Source of the DNA: Methylocystaceae bacterium
GTDB taxonomy: Bacteria; Pseudomonadota; Alphaproteobacteria; Rhizobiales; Beijerinckiaceae
DNA: 32,996 nt
Direction: 5' to 3'
NCBI GenBank assembly: GCA_003105285.1
Contig: PQAN01000146.1
Coordinates: forward strand, 1 to 32,996
Numbering within the stretch: the first letter of the stretch is position 1; each line of letters begins with the position of its first letter. Positions 1 to 14,502 of the stretch are shown here, one piece after another. Both the position numbers and the translations under genes were made by a program. The notes below the pieces were generated by a model that was given only the letters and a program-made list of their open reading frames with translations, was not told where the DNA came from and made no database searches.

Positions 1-821
<821 letters not shown>

Positions 822-926
822 GACCTCGCCCAGTCCAATTTGCGTTGGCCGCCGACCTGATCCTTTAGTGTCACTCTAACGTTGCAATTTTTAGACGGGT
901 CGAACCGAGCGTCTGGGTGAAAGTTT

Positions 927-1045
927 CCTCGTCCTGAGGAGCGGCCGAAGGCCGCGTCTTAAAAGGGCGAGGAAACATGCGCCGCCTTCTGGATCTCGCC
1001 CTCGTGCTTCGAGACGGCGGCTTCGCCGCCTCCTCGGCATGAGGG
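927..1045. repeat. Rhizobiales-type palindromic intergenic repeat (REP/RIME-like)
   Basis: Arm CCTCGTCCTGAGGAG-CGGCCGAAGGCCG-CGTCTT pairs imperfectly with TTCGAGACG-GCGGCTTCGCCGC-CTCCTCGGCATGAGG, each arm carrying an internal hairpin. Resembles the common CTCATCCTGAGGAG...CTCCTCAGGATGAG element. Confidence 0.75.
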
Positions 1046-1075
1046 CGAGGATTGGCTGCGCGCGCGCCGAGCGCG

Positions 1076-3805
<2,730 letters not shown>

Positions 3806-3863
3806 GTCTTTAGGTTCCTTCCCCAGCGCGGAAAACCATGATCGCCGGCAACGCACGCCGCTT

Positions 3864-3949
3864 CCGTCATTGCGAGCAAAGCGAAGCAATCCACAAGCCG
3901 TCGGGCGGATTCTGGATTGCTTCGTCGCTTTCGCTCCTCGCAATGACGG
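3864..3949. repeat. REP-like palindromic element (GTCATTGCGAG...CTCGCAATGAC class)
   Basis: CCGTCATTGCGAG...CGAAGCAATCCA on the left and TGGATTGCTTCG...CTCGCAATGACGG on the right form a long nested inverted repeat. Confidence 0.85.
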
Positions 3950-4019
3950 CCGTTTCGCTTCGGCGCCGGCGGCGGGTCGCCCTTATTAGAGAATTTCCAG
4001 CCGGAGAGTAAAGATAAAC

Positions 4020-4047
4020 AAAAAGGGCGCGTCGCCGCGCCCTTTTT
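4020..4047 (-). terminator. Rho-independent terminator downstream of leuA (potentially bidirectional)
   Basis: AAAAAGGGCGCG-TCGC-CGCGCCCTTTTT: GC stem with A/T tails on both sides, about 25 nt past the leuA stop. Confidence 0.85.
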
Positions 4048-4070
4048 CCGTTTTTCCCACAAGGCCCCAC

Positions 4071-5651
<1,581 letters not shown>

Positions 5652-5721
5652 GGTCCTTGGTCCTGAGCTGCTTCACCCGGCGTGTCGCGCGGGCTCTTCT
5701 TATCTCTTAATCTAGGTCGGA

Positions 5722-5783
5722 ACTCCCCTGAATGCCTGGGCTATGAGCCCTACGGGCGCTCAGGGGCGACTAAGAAGCAGCAG
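5722..5783 (-). promoter_or_regulatory. leuA attenuator-like alternative RNA structures
   Basis: On the mRNA, CCCCTGA (overlapping the leader stop) can pair with downstream TCAGGGG; alternatively TGAGC pairs with GCTCA. There is no classical U-tract. Confidence 0.55.
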
Positions 5784-5897
5784 GCCGGAAAAAAGACGCG
5801 CGACCTCATGCGCCGAGGAGCGCGTCGCGACATTCGTGATGGGGGCTCTGGCCGCCAAATCCAAAATCCTCGGTCGGATGGCCACACGGCCATTCAT
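5760..5897 (-). CDS. leuA leader peptide (up to 45 aa, ends ...FSGLLLLSRP*)
   Basis: Hand translation: MNGRVAIRPRILDLAARAPITNVATRSSAHEVARLFSGLLLLSRP*. Four tandem Leu codons (CTG CTG CTT CTT, 5772-5783) lie 3 codons before the stop, about 110 nt upstream of leuA. The start is uncertain because in-frame GTG/TTG alternatives exist. Confidence 0.75.
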   Translation of the reverse strand: MNGRVAIRPRILDLAARAPITNVATRSSAHEVARLFSGLLLLSRP

Positions 5898-6624
5898 TTT
5901 GAAAATGATACGCGCCTTCGGTCAGGGTTGCAAGACGGGTTGTCGCGGGGCGCAGGCGTCGTCCTCTCGCGGGGAGGACATCTTCGCCCGATCTTCCTGT
6001 CGGCGCTGTTGCCGACGGGCGAGACGCCCTCACGGTCGATGATCGCTCCAACGTTTCGGCGGATCGACGAGGGACGAGGAGAGTCCTCCTTATTGCGAAT
6101 TCGCCTCCCGAACCCATCGCAATGATTCGGCCCCGACGTCAGGACGATCGAAATAAAATCTCTTCGCAGGCGCTTACACTTAAGAAGAAAACGATGCGAC
6201 CTTCGATCGAGCGCCTTGACGACGCAAGCGAAAGTGCTAAATAAACGGCGTTTTCAGATAGGTTTTCAGTTCAGAGAGGGTTTCCATGATACTGCAGAAT
6301 GGGAGATGACGAATAATATTTTTCGGATTTTCTGAACCAGGAGAATTCGCGCGAATGTATTTCATGAGACGCGCTTTCAATTTTCATCCATGCGTCGGAC
6401 GGACCAAATAGCCCGTCTTCCGGTTGTCGGCCGGCCGATTCTGCTTCGCGGAATTTCAATGGCGCGAGCATTCGTTCGTGCTCGGACAGATTCGACGCGC
6501 CAGAGAAAAGTCACAAAAAAGTAATTTATACGCTCATGTGAGCGATAAGATACAGCACTGTCGACCGCCAAAAGCCGAAATAGCCGCTCGAAAAAGAAGG
6601 GCCCGACCAAAAATGTCAAACATC

Positions 6625-6645
6625 ATGATTCTAAATTAGAATCAT
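6625..6645. promoter_or_regulatory. Perfect 10-1-10 inverted repeat, candidate transcription-factor site upstream of the PKS cluster
   Basis: ATGATTCTAA-A-TTAGAATCAT in an AT-rich spacer about 120 nt before the first cluster gene. Confidence 0.5.
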
Positions 6646-6704
6646 AGCGTTTCGCTTCGAGTATAAATACGTACAATCAGAATAACTGAAACGTAATATT
6701 AATT

Positions 6705-6720
6705 TTGCACGGCTGTTGCA
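6705..6720 (+). promoter_or_regulatory. Possible sigma54 (-24/-12)-like promoter, one mismatch
   Basis: TTGCACGGCTGTTGCA versus consensus TGGCACG-N4-TTGCW. Spacing is exact, but the first G of the near-invariant GG is T. Confidence 0.3.
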
Positions 6721-6766
6721 GCCATCGTTTACAACATTTTTGTTCTGGCTGAAGGGAGTCCAGAAT

Positions 6767-7363
6767 ATGCGTAGCAGCGTATTCTATAAGACCATGATTG
6801 CCGTCGCCGTCATTGTCCCAGGGGTAGGTCTGGCGGTCCGCTCCGCGCCGGCGCAAATCGCCGGCCATTTTCCGAGCGCCGGGATGATGTGCGGAAACGA
6901 ATATTCGCATGAGATGTCGAAAAACGTTTCGAGCGCCGTCAAAAGATCGGGCGGTCTATGCGGCGCGGCGCTCCCGGCCGCTTTCGCGACGACGGAGGAA
7001 GCGTTGGGAGGCGTTTGGCTGACCGCTGACGGCTCCACGAAGGTTCGCATCGAGGCCTGCGGCGCCGCCAAATGCGGACGCATCGTCTGGCTGCGCGAGC
7101 CGACCGATCCTTCGACGGGTCGGCCGTGGCTGGACGCCCAGAACGAAGCCGCGGAATTGCGTGGCCGTCCTCTGCTCGGCGTTTCGCTCATTACGGATTT
7201 GAAATCCAGCGGCGAAGGCGTCTGGAGCGGATCGCTCTACAACCCGCTCGACGGCAAGACCTATCGCGGCGCGCTGCGAAAGATCGACGACTCGCATATC
7301 GAGCTGAAGGGCTGCGTCCTCGCGGTGCTGTGCAAGGACGAGATCTGGACGAAGGGCCGATAG
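6767..7363 (+). CDS. DUF2147 family secreted protein
   Basis: ATG 6767 after AAGGGAG; N-terminal signal-like segment. Domain reads GVWLTADG..VRIEACG..CGRIVWL..D..N...LRGRPLLG...WSGSLYNPLDGKTY...LKGCVL..LCK.EIW. Confidence 0.85.
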   Translation: MRSSVFYKTMIAVAVIVPGVGLAVRSAPAQIAGHFPSAGMMCGNEYSHEMSKNVSSAVKRSGGLCGAALPAAFATTEEALGGVWLTADGSTKVRIEACGAAKCGRIVWLREPTDPSTGRPWLDAQNEAAELRGRPLLGVSLITDLKSSGEGVWSGSLYNPLDGKTYRGALRKIDDSHIELKGCVLAVLCKDEIWTKGR

Positions 7364-7471
7364 AGCGCCGAAGGACGGCGCCGTCGCGAATGCGCAACGC
7401 TCGCCGCATTATTGCAAGATTTTCTATGTCCCGCGAGGGAACGACCTAATTTCGCACGAGGAGTATTGTCC

Positions 7472-10400
7472 GTGACTGAGACGATCACGAAATCGACGTC
7501 CGATTATTCCGATATCACGGAAGCAAAGACGGCGCTGGAGCCCATCGCGATCGTGGGCGTCGGATGCCGCTTCCCCGGCGGAGCGAACAGTCCGCAAGCG
7601 TTTTGGAAGCTCCTGGCGGCGGGCGCCGACGGCATCCGCGAGGTGCCGCCGGAGCGCTGGGACATCGACCGTTTCTACAGCGAGGACATGAACGCGCCCG
7701 GGAAAATGTATGTGCGCAAGGGCGGCTTTCTCGAAGAGCCGGTGGATCGCTTCGACGCCGGCTATTTCGGCATTTCGCCGCGTGAAGCCAATAACATCGA
7801 TCCGCAGCAGCGCCTGCTGCTCGAAGTCGCCGTCGAGGCGATGGAGGACGCCGGCATTCCGATCACCGGCCTCGCAGGCAGCGACACCGGCGTGTTCATC
7901 GGCGGCTTCACGCTCGACAGTCTGCTGCTGCAGATGAGCCCGCTCAATCGCGAAAATATCGGTTCGCACTCGGCGACCGGCGCGTCGATGACGATGCTCG
8001 CCAACCGCCTCTCCTATAGTTTCGATCTGCGCGGTCCGAGCCTGTCCACCGATACGGCCTGCTCCTCTTCGCTCGTCGCCGTTCATCTCGCCTGTCAGGC
8101 GATCTGGAGAGGCGAATGTTCGGCGGCGCTCGCCGGCGGCGTCAATGTGATGCTGCGGCCGGAATATCCGATCGTCATGAGCAAGGGACACTTCCTGTCG
8201 CCCGACGGCTATTGCAAGAGCTTCGACGAGCGCGCCAATGGCTATGCGCGCGGCGAGGGGGCCGGCGTCGTCATACTGAAGCCGCTGTCGGCCGCATTGC
8301 GCGCCGACGAGCCGATCTATGCGCTGATACGCGGCACCGGCGTCAATCAGGACGGCCGCACCGACGGCATCACCGTGCCCAATCCCGAGGCGCAGGAAGC
8401 GCTCATTCGCGAGATCTATGCGCGTTACAACGTGCCGCTGAACGAGGTTCGCTATGTCGAGGCGCATGGCACCGGCACGCCGGTCGGCGATCCGATCGAG
8501 GCCTCGGTGCTGGGGCGCACGTTCGGTTCCGGCCGAAACGCGCAGACCTTTTGCGTCGTCGGCTCGGCCAAGGCCGCCATCGGCCATCTCGAGGCGGCGG
8601 CCGGCATCGCCGGCGTCATCAAAGCGTCTCTCTGCCTGCGCGAGGGCGCGATTCCGCCGCAGGCCAATCTCGGCAATCCCAATCCGAAAATTCCCTTCGA
8701 GACACTCGGAATCCGCCTGCCCCGCGCGCTCGAGAAAATTCCCGACGGCGCCGGCAAAGTCTACGTGGGAGTGAACTCCTTCGGCTATGGCGGAACAAAT
8801 GCGCATGCGATTTTGGAAGCGCCGCCGGCGCGCGGCGTCACTGCCCGACGCCAGGAGAACGGCGAAGAGTGGCGCATTCTTCCTTTGTCGGCGCGCAGCC
8901 CCGCGGCCCTGTCGGCGCTGGCGCGCGCCTATGCCCAATTCCTGGCGGACGCGGACGCGCAGGCTCTGAGCGATATCTGCTATTCGGCGAGCGTGCGCCG
9001 CGCGCATTACGATCATCGCCTCGCGGTCGTGGCGGACTCCGCGCAGCAATTCGCCGCCGCGCTCGAGACCTTTGCGGAGCATGGCCGCAGCGAGCGCGTC
9101 GTCGCCGGCAAGCCGCTGTCGCAAAAGGAGAAGCGTCCGGTCTTCGTCTTTACCGGAATGGGCCCGCAATGGTGGCGCATGGGCCGCGAGCTGTTGGAGA
9201 GCGACGCGGCGTTCCGCAAACGCGCCGAAGGCATAGACGCGATCTTCAAATCTCTCTCGGGCTGGTCGATCCTGAAGGAGATGCTGGCCGATGAAGAAAG
9301 CTCGCGGATGAAAGCGACCGAGATCGCGCAGCCCGCGAATTTCGTGCTGCAGGTCGCTCTGGCCGATTTCTATCTGGCGCGTGGCGTCTTGCCGGCGGCG
9401 GTCGTCGGCCACAGCGTCGGCGAAGTCAGCGCCGCTTATGTCTCGGGCATGTTGTCGCTCGAAGACGCGGTCGCCGTCAGCTATCATCGCAGCCGATTGC
9501 AGCAGCGCGCCGCCGGAAAGGGCCGCATGCTCGCGACCGGACTGTCGGCCGAGCAGGCGGTTCGCTATTGCGAAGGGCGGGAGGATCGAGTTTCGATCGC
9601 GGCGGTGAACAGCCCTGCCGCCGTCACCCTGGCCGGCGACGCCGACGCCCTGGCCGCCATCGCCGAGCAACTCGAGCGCGCGGGCGTCTTCAATCGCTTC
9701 CTGCAGGTCGAGGTCGCCTACCACAGCCCGCAAATGGACGCCTTGAAACCGGATTTGCGCAAGGCGCTCGAAGGCATTCGCCCGACGCGGCCTTCGCTTC
9801 CGCTCTACTCGACAGTGACCGGACGAGAAGCCGACGACATTCTCTTCGACGGCGAATATTGGTGCGACAATATCAGAAATCCCGTTTTGTTCGGCCAGAC
9901 GATCGAATCCCTGCTGACCGCGGGTCATAATATCTTCCTCGAAGTCGGCCCTCATCCCGTGTTGGGCAATTCGATCAAGGAAGCCTTCCGTCAGACGGGC
10001 GTCGCGGGCGCGACGGCCGCCTCGCTGCGACGCGGCGAACCGGAGCTGCCGTCGATCCTGACGGGCGTCGGCGAACTCCATGTCCACGGCGCCGAGATCG
10101 ATTGGCGCGCCCTCTCCTCTCCGGCCGCGCGCTATGTGAAGCTGCCGTCCTATCCCTGGCAGCGCGAATCCTACTGGAACGAATCCGCCGTCTCCGCGAC
10201 AGAGCGGGCGGGATCATGCGAACACCCCCTGCTCGGCCTCAGAGCCGCGGCCCCCACGCCGACATGGGAATGCGCGACCAACCGTCCTTCGCTGGATTAT
10301 ATCGCCGACCACGTCATCGACGGCGTCGCGCTGTTCCCCGGCGCGGGCTATCTCGAGCAAGGCCTCGCGCTCCATTCGCTGATCGACGGCGCCGAGGCAG

Positions 10401-13400
10401 GCGTGCTGGAAGACGTGGAGTTCCGTCGGCCGCTGATCTGGCCGGCCGCGAAGGACGCGCGCATACGCGTGACATTCGACGAAAAATCGCGTGAATACTC
10501 CGTCTTCAGCCAGCGTGACGACGACGCCTTCGCCTGGACGCTGCATGCGAGCGGCCGCGTCTCTCCCGTAGCTCCCCATGTCGCGAAGTCCGAACCGCTC
10601 GACGAGATCAAAGCGCGATGCGGCGATGTCGTCGAAGGCGACGCTCTCTATGAGACGCTCGCGGCTCACGGTCTGCAATATGGCCCGGCCTTCCGCAGAG
10701 TGACGCAATTGCGTCGAGGAGCCGGCGAGGTGCTCGCGGAGCTGCGCGGGCTTGCGCCCGATGCGCCCGAGAGAGCGTCCTATCTTCTGCATCCTGCGCT
10801 GGTCGACGCGGCTGTGCAATCGCTCATCGGCGGCGTCGAGGACAACGCCGACACTCACCGCGCCTATCTCCCGGTCGCCATTCGCCGCGTCGCCTGTTGG
10901 GCCCGCCCGCCGTTGCACTGCTGGAGTCATGGGCGGATAAATGCTCGCACATCGGACACGATAGAAGGCGACATCAGAATTTATGCGGACGACGGCTCCG
11001 TCGTCGCCGAATTGCTCGGCGTGAAGTGCCAGGCGATCGCATCCTCCGCCACGGAACGCGCCGAACGCATCGAGCGTCGCTCCTATGCGATGACATGGAT
11101 CGCCCAGCAACGCCGGCAGAGCGCCGAGATCGCCGAAAAATGGCTCGTCTTCTCCGACGAGAACGGCTTCGGCGCCGAACTGACGAGGGAGTTGCGGGCG
11201 CAGGGCGTCGGCGACATCGTCGAAGCGTTTCAACCCGCCTCCGGCCCGGCTTCCAAGAAATATTTCGAACAGGCGCTGGACGCCGCCGATGGTCGTGACG
11301 CGATCGTCTTCTTGTTCGGCCTGGATACGCCGGAAACAAACGCCGATCCGAATGATGCCGATCCCTCCGACGGCTACGCCGGCGGAGCGCTCGTGGCTCT
11401 GGCGCAGGCGCTGGCCGAGCGCGCCGAGAGCGAAACGTCGCCGCGCCTCTATGTCGTGACGAGCGGGGCGCAGCAGGTGGACGGCGAGCCGGTCACGGGA
11501 CTCGGCCAAGCCTATCTCGTCGGCCTCGCGCGATCGGCTCTGAGCGAACATCCGAATTTGCGATGCACTCTCGTCGACATCGACGCGACGATGGGATTGC
11601 GCAGTCTTCCCCATCTCGCGCGCGAGCTGGCGAGCGGCGATCCAGAGACGGACGTGGCGCTGCGCGGAGAGGACCGCTATGTCCATCGTCTCGCGCCCTG
11701 GTCCCAGACGGAAAGCAACGACAATAAGGAGAGTGAGCAGATTCCGGCGACGGAGGTCGAGGCCTTCGAAATCGCCGTCGGCTCTCTCGGACGGTTCGAA
11801 ACCCTGCGCTATCGGGAAACCCCCCGCCGCGCGCCGGAGAAGGGCGAGATCGAGCTGCAGATTCGCGCCTCGGCCCTGAACTTCAAGGACGTCCTGAAAG
11901 TGCTCGGAATGCTGCCGGCGAAGGCTCTCGAGTCGACCTATCACAGCGTCGGGCTCGGCATGGAGGCCGCCGGCGTCGTGACGGCCGTCGGCGAAGGCGT
12001 CGACAATTACAAAGTCGGCGACGCCGTCGTCGCTTCCGTGAGGGGAAGCTTCAACTCGCATGTCGTCGTGTCGGCCGAACAGATTTTCGGATCGAAGAAG
12101 CTCGACGGCATGACGTTCGAGGAGGCGGCCAGCCTGCCGGTGATCTTCATGACCGCCTATTACGCGCTGCATGAGATCGGACGCCTGCAAAAAGGCGAGA
12201 TTGTCCTCATTCACGCCGCCGCCGGCGGAGTCGGTCTCGCCGCCATTCAAGTCGCCAAATGGCTCGGCGCGACGATCATCGCCACCGCCGGCAGCGACGA
12301 GAAGCGGGCCTATCTGCGCTCGCTCGGAGTGGACCATATCTTCAACTCGCGAACGCTCGACTTCGCCGATGAAATCCTCGCGCTGACGAAAGGCCGCGGC
12401 GTCGACGTCGTTCTCAACTCCCTCTCCGGCGAGCCCTTCCTCAAAAGCCTCGCCGTCACGGCGCCTCTCGGTCGCTTCATTGAAATCGGCAAGCGCGACA
12501 TCGTCGAAAATGCGCGCATGCCGATGCTGCCGTTCAATCAAAACCTCAGCTTCACCGCGATCGACCTCGATCGCATCATGATGGAGCGGCCAGGCCTCAT
12601 ACGTCATCTGTTCGAGAAGGTCTGGGAGAGATTTCGCGCCGGCGACTTCACGCCGACGCCGATCGAGGTCTTTCCGGCCGCCGAGATCGGCGACGCGTTC
12701 CGGCACATGGCGCAATCGAAGCAGATCGGCAAGATCGTCATTTCCTATGACGATCTGGAAAGCGTTCCGGTCCTGCCTCGAAAGGAGCGCACGCTCGTTC
12801 GCGAGGACGCGACCTATCTCGTCACGGGCGGCCTCGGCGGCTTCGGGCTGAAGGTGGCGCAATGGCTGGCGAGCGAGGGCGCCGGCCATCTGGCGCTCGT
12901 CGGGCGAAGCGGCGCACGAACCCCCGAGGCGCGAGAGACGGTTCGTGAGCTGCGAGAGAGGGGAATCGTCGTCAATGTCGTCGCCGCCGATATCGGAGAA
13001 GAGACCGATGTGATCTCCCTGCTCGAAGAAATCGGTAGGACGATGCCGCCGTTGAGGGGCGTCTTCCATGCGGCGGCGGTGCTCGACGACACGCTTCTCG
13101 TCAATCTGGACGAAGAAAGATTCAGACGCGTCACGACGCCGAAAGCGCGCGGCGCGTGGCTGCTGCACAAGCACACGCAGGACCTGCCGATCGACCTCTT
13201 CGTGCTGTTCTCGTCGATATCGGCGCTCGTCGGCAATCCGGGGCAGGCGAATTATGTCGCCGCCAACGCATTTCTCGACAGCCTCGCCCATCATCGACGC
13301 GCGGCCGGTCTGCCTGCGACGAGCATTAATTGGGGCGCGCTCGCCGAGGTCGGAATGCTCGCCGCGGACAAGCAGGTCGCCGATCATCTCGCCCGAATCG

Positions 13401-13939
13401 GCATCGAGGCGATCTCGCCCGCCGACGCGATTCGGGCGCTGAAGTGGGCGCTGGAGCGGGATATCGATCAATTCGGCTTCATGGACGTCGATTGGTCGAC
13501 CTGGCGACAGTTTCATCCGGCAGCCGCCGCATCGCCGGTGTTCGCTCGACTGATCGACGACGCCGCGACGCAACAGGGCGGCGCGGCCAATCAGGTGCGC
13601 AGCGAACTCCTCGCCGCCGCGCCCGGCGAACGACTGACGCTGCTCGCCCAAGTCGTCGCCGAAATGGTCGCGGAAACGATGCGAATGCCCACCGATCAGA
13701 TCGACGTCGGCGATCCGCTGACCGATATGGGCATCGACTCGCTCATGGCCGTCGAACTTCAGGTCAACATCAATTCGAAGCTCGGCGTCGAATTTCCCGT
13801 GCTCGAACTCATCAAGGGCGGCAGCATAGCGGGCCTCGCCAAGGACCTGCTGGCGAGGATGAACATCGCCTCCGAGACGAACGGCGAGAGCGACGTCGCC
13901 CCGGCGAAGACAGCGCCTGCAACCGAAGCCTTCGCGTAA
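7472..13939 (+). CDS. Single-module, fully reducing type I polyketide synthase KS-AT-DH-ER-KR-ACP (probably iterative)
   Basis: KS: EPIAIVG, DPQQRLLLE, DTACSSSL, HGTGT, GHLE. AT: GHSVG, VAYHS. DH: HVIDGVALFP, HPALVD. ER: LIHAAAGGVG. KR: GGLGGFG, VLDD, NYVAAN. ACP: GIDSLM. No TE or MT domain seen. Start GTG 7472 chosen from the GAGGAG RBS at 7458-7463. Confidence 0.96.
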   Translation: MTETITKSTSDYSDITEAKTALEPIAIVGVGCRFPGGANSPQAFWKLLAAGADGIREVPPERWDIDRFYSEDMNAPGKMYVRKGGFLEEPVDRFDAGYFGISPREANNIDPQQRLLLEVAVEAMEDAGIPITGLAGSDTGVFIGGFTLDSLLLQMSPLNRENIGSHSATGASMTMLANRLSYSFDLRGPSLSTDTACSSSLVAVHLACQAIWRGECSAALAGGVNVMLRPEYPIVMSKGHFLSPDGYCKSFDERANGYARGEGAGVVILKPLSAALRADEPIYALIRGTGVNQDGRTDGITVPNPEAQEALIREIYARYNVPLNEVRYVEAHGTGTPVGDPIEASVLGRTFGSGRNAQTFCVVGSAKAAIGHLEAAAGIAGVIKASLCLREGAIPPQANLGNPNPKIPFETLGIRLPRALEKIPDGAGKVYVGVNSFGYGGTNAHAILEAPPARGVTARRQENGEEWRILPLSARSPAALSALARAYAQFLADADAQALSDICYSASVRRAHYDHRLAVVADSAQQFAAALETFAEHGRSERVVAGKPLSQKEKRPVFVFTGMGPQWWRMGRELLESDAAFRKRAEGIDAIFKSLSGWSILKEMLADEESSRMKATEIAQPANFVLQVALADFYLARGVLPAAVVGHSVGEVSAAYVSGMLSLEDAVAVSYHRSRLQQRAAGKGRMLATGLSAEQAVRYCEGREDRVSIAAVNSPAAVTLAGDADALAAIAEQLERAGVFNRFLQVEVAYHSPQMDALKPDLRKALEGIRPTRPSLPLYSTVTGREADDILFDGEYWCDNIRNPVLFGQTIESLLTAGHNIFLEVGPHPVLGNSIKEAFRQTGVAGATAASLRRGEPELPSILTGVGELHVHGAEIDWRALSSPAARYVKLPSYPWQRESYWNESAVSATERAGSCEHPLLGLRAAAPTPTWECATNRPSLDYIADHVIDGVALFPGAGYLEQGLALHSLIDGAEAGVLEDVEFRRPLIWPAAKDARIRVTFDEKSREYSVFSQRDDDAFAWTLHASGRVSPVAPHVAKSEPLDEIKARCGDVVEGDALYETLAAHGLQYGPAFRRVTQLRRGAGEVLAELRGLAPDAPERASYLLHPALVDAAVQSLIGGVEDNADTHRAYLPVAIRRVACWARPPLHCWSHGRINARTSDTIEGDIRIYADDGSVVAELLGVKCQAIASSATERAERIERRSYAMTWIAQQRRQSAEIAEKWLVFSDENGFGAELTRELRAQGVGDIVEAFQPASGPASKKYFEQALDAADGRDAIVFLFGLDTPETNADPNDADPSDGYAGGALVALAQALAERAESETSPRLYVVTSGAQQVDGEPVTGLGQAYLVGLARSALSEHPNLRCTLVDIDATMGLRSLPHLARELASGDPETDVALRGEDRYVHRLAPWSQTESNDNKESEQIPATEVEAFEIAVGSLGRFETLRYRETPRRAPEKGEIELQIRASALNFKDVLKVLGMLPAKALESTYHSVGLGMEAAGVVTAVGEGVDNYKVGDAVVASVRGSFNSHVVVSAEQIFGSKKLDGMTFEEAASLPVIFMTAYYALHEIGRLQKGEIVLIHAAAGGVGLAAIQVAKWLGATIIATAGSDEKRAYLRSLGVDHIFNSRTLDFADEILALTKGRGVDVVLNSLSGEPFLKSLAVTAPLGRFIEIGKRDIVENARMPMLPFNQNLSFTAIDLDRIMMERPGLIRHLFEKVWERFRAGDFTPTPIEVFPAAEIGDAFRHMAQSKQIGKIVISYDDLESVPVLPRKERTLVREDATYLVTGGLGGFGLKVAQWLASEGAGHLALVGRSGARTPEARETVRELRERGIVVNVVAADIGEETDVISLLEEIGRTMPPLRGVFHAAAVLDDTLLVNLDEERFRRVTTPKARGAWLLHKHTQDLPIDLFVLFSSISALVGNPGQANYVAANAFLDSLAHHRRAAGLPATSINWGALAEVGMLAADKQVADHLARIGIEAISPADAIRALKWALERDIDQFGFMDVDWSTWRQFHPAAAASPVFARLIDDAATQQGGAANQVRSELLAAAPGERLTLLAQVVAEMVAETMRMPTDQIDVGDPLTDMGIDSLMAVELQVNINSKLGVEFPVLELIKGGSIAGLAKDLLARMNIASETNGESDVAPAKTAPATEAFA

Positions 13940-13960
13940 ACGAACGACAGGACGAAGACG

Positions 13961-14455
13961 ATGAGCTGCGACATGCCGGACGCGACTACGGACGCTCTCG
14001 CGAGAGAAGGGAGCGACGCCGCTCCCGCCCCGGCGCGCCGCGAAGGCGCGCCGGATATGGTCCGATATTTGCCCGCATTCATGCTGATTACGGACATATC
14101 GTTCATGCTCTATTGGACGATGGTGTTTTTCAGGCTGCTGCCGGACGAATATCTTTTCAGCGACTATAAAAACCCCGTCGTCTCGGACTGGAACTACTCC
14201 TTCTATCCCCTCGACCTGCTGATATCGCTGACTGGACTCGTCTCCATCGCCTTGTGGAGGCGCGGCGCCGATTCATGGCGCCCGCTCTGTCTCGTCTCCT
14301 TGACGCTGACATTCTGCTCGGGCCTGCAAGCGATCGCATTTTGGGCTCTGCGCGGCGAATTCGATCTCGGATGGTGGGCCGTCAATATCTTCCTGATGAT
14401 CTATCCCGTCGTCTTTTCACACAAGCTCGTGGCGCAGTTCCACGGCAAATCCTGA
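13961..14455 (+). CDS. YvaD / DUF5360-like small membrane protein
   Basis: About four hydrophobic segments. Pattern TDISFMLYW...LPDEYLFSDYKNPVVSDWNYSFYPLDLLISLTGL...LTLTFCSGLQAIAFW..RGEFDLGWW.VN.FLMIYP matches my recollection of the family. Confidence 0.75.
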   Translation: MSCDMPDATTDALAREGSDAAPAPARREGAPDMVRYLPAFMLITDISFMLYWTMVFFRLLPDEYLFSDYKNPVVSDWNYSFYPLDLLISLTGLVSIALWRRGADSWRPLCLVSLTLTFCSGLQAIAFWALRGEFDLGWWAVNIFLMIYPVVFSHKLVAQFHGKS

Positions 14456-14472
14456 TCGTCGAGAACTCCGCC

Positions 14473-14502
14473 CGCTCGGGGCGTTCTCCGAGCGCATTTT
14501 TT
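14473..14502 (+). terminator. Possible intra-operon terminator hairpin
   Basis: CGCTCGG-GGCGTTCT-CCGAGCG followed by CA and T6. Confidence 0.4.

Noticed and set aside
3806-3943. 46-aa N-terminal extension of AcnA
   Set aside because: It is read-through of the palindromic repeat; the typical AcnA N-terminus begins at MTSLDSF.
6625-6645. Irr iron-control element (TTTAGAA-N3-TTCTAAA)
   Set aside because: The half-sites are in the reverse order without the N3 spacer, so it is kept only as an unassigned palindrome.
6130-6700. Short ORFs in the AT-rich spacer (6271-6471, 6377-6619, 6424-6639)
   Set aside because: They have no convincing RBS or motifs and an atypical composition; this is more likely divergent promoter DNA.
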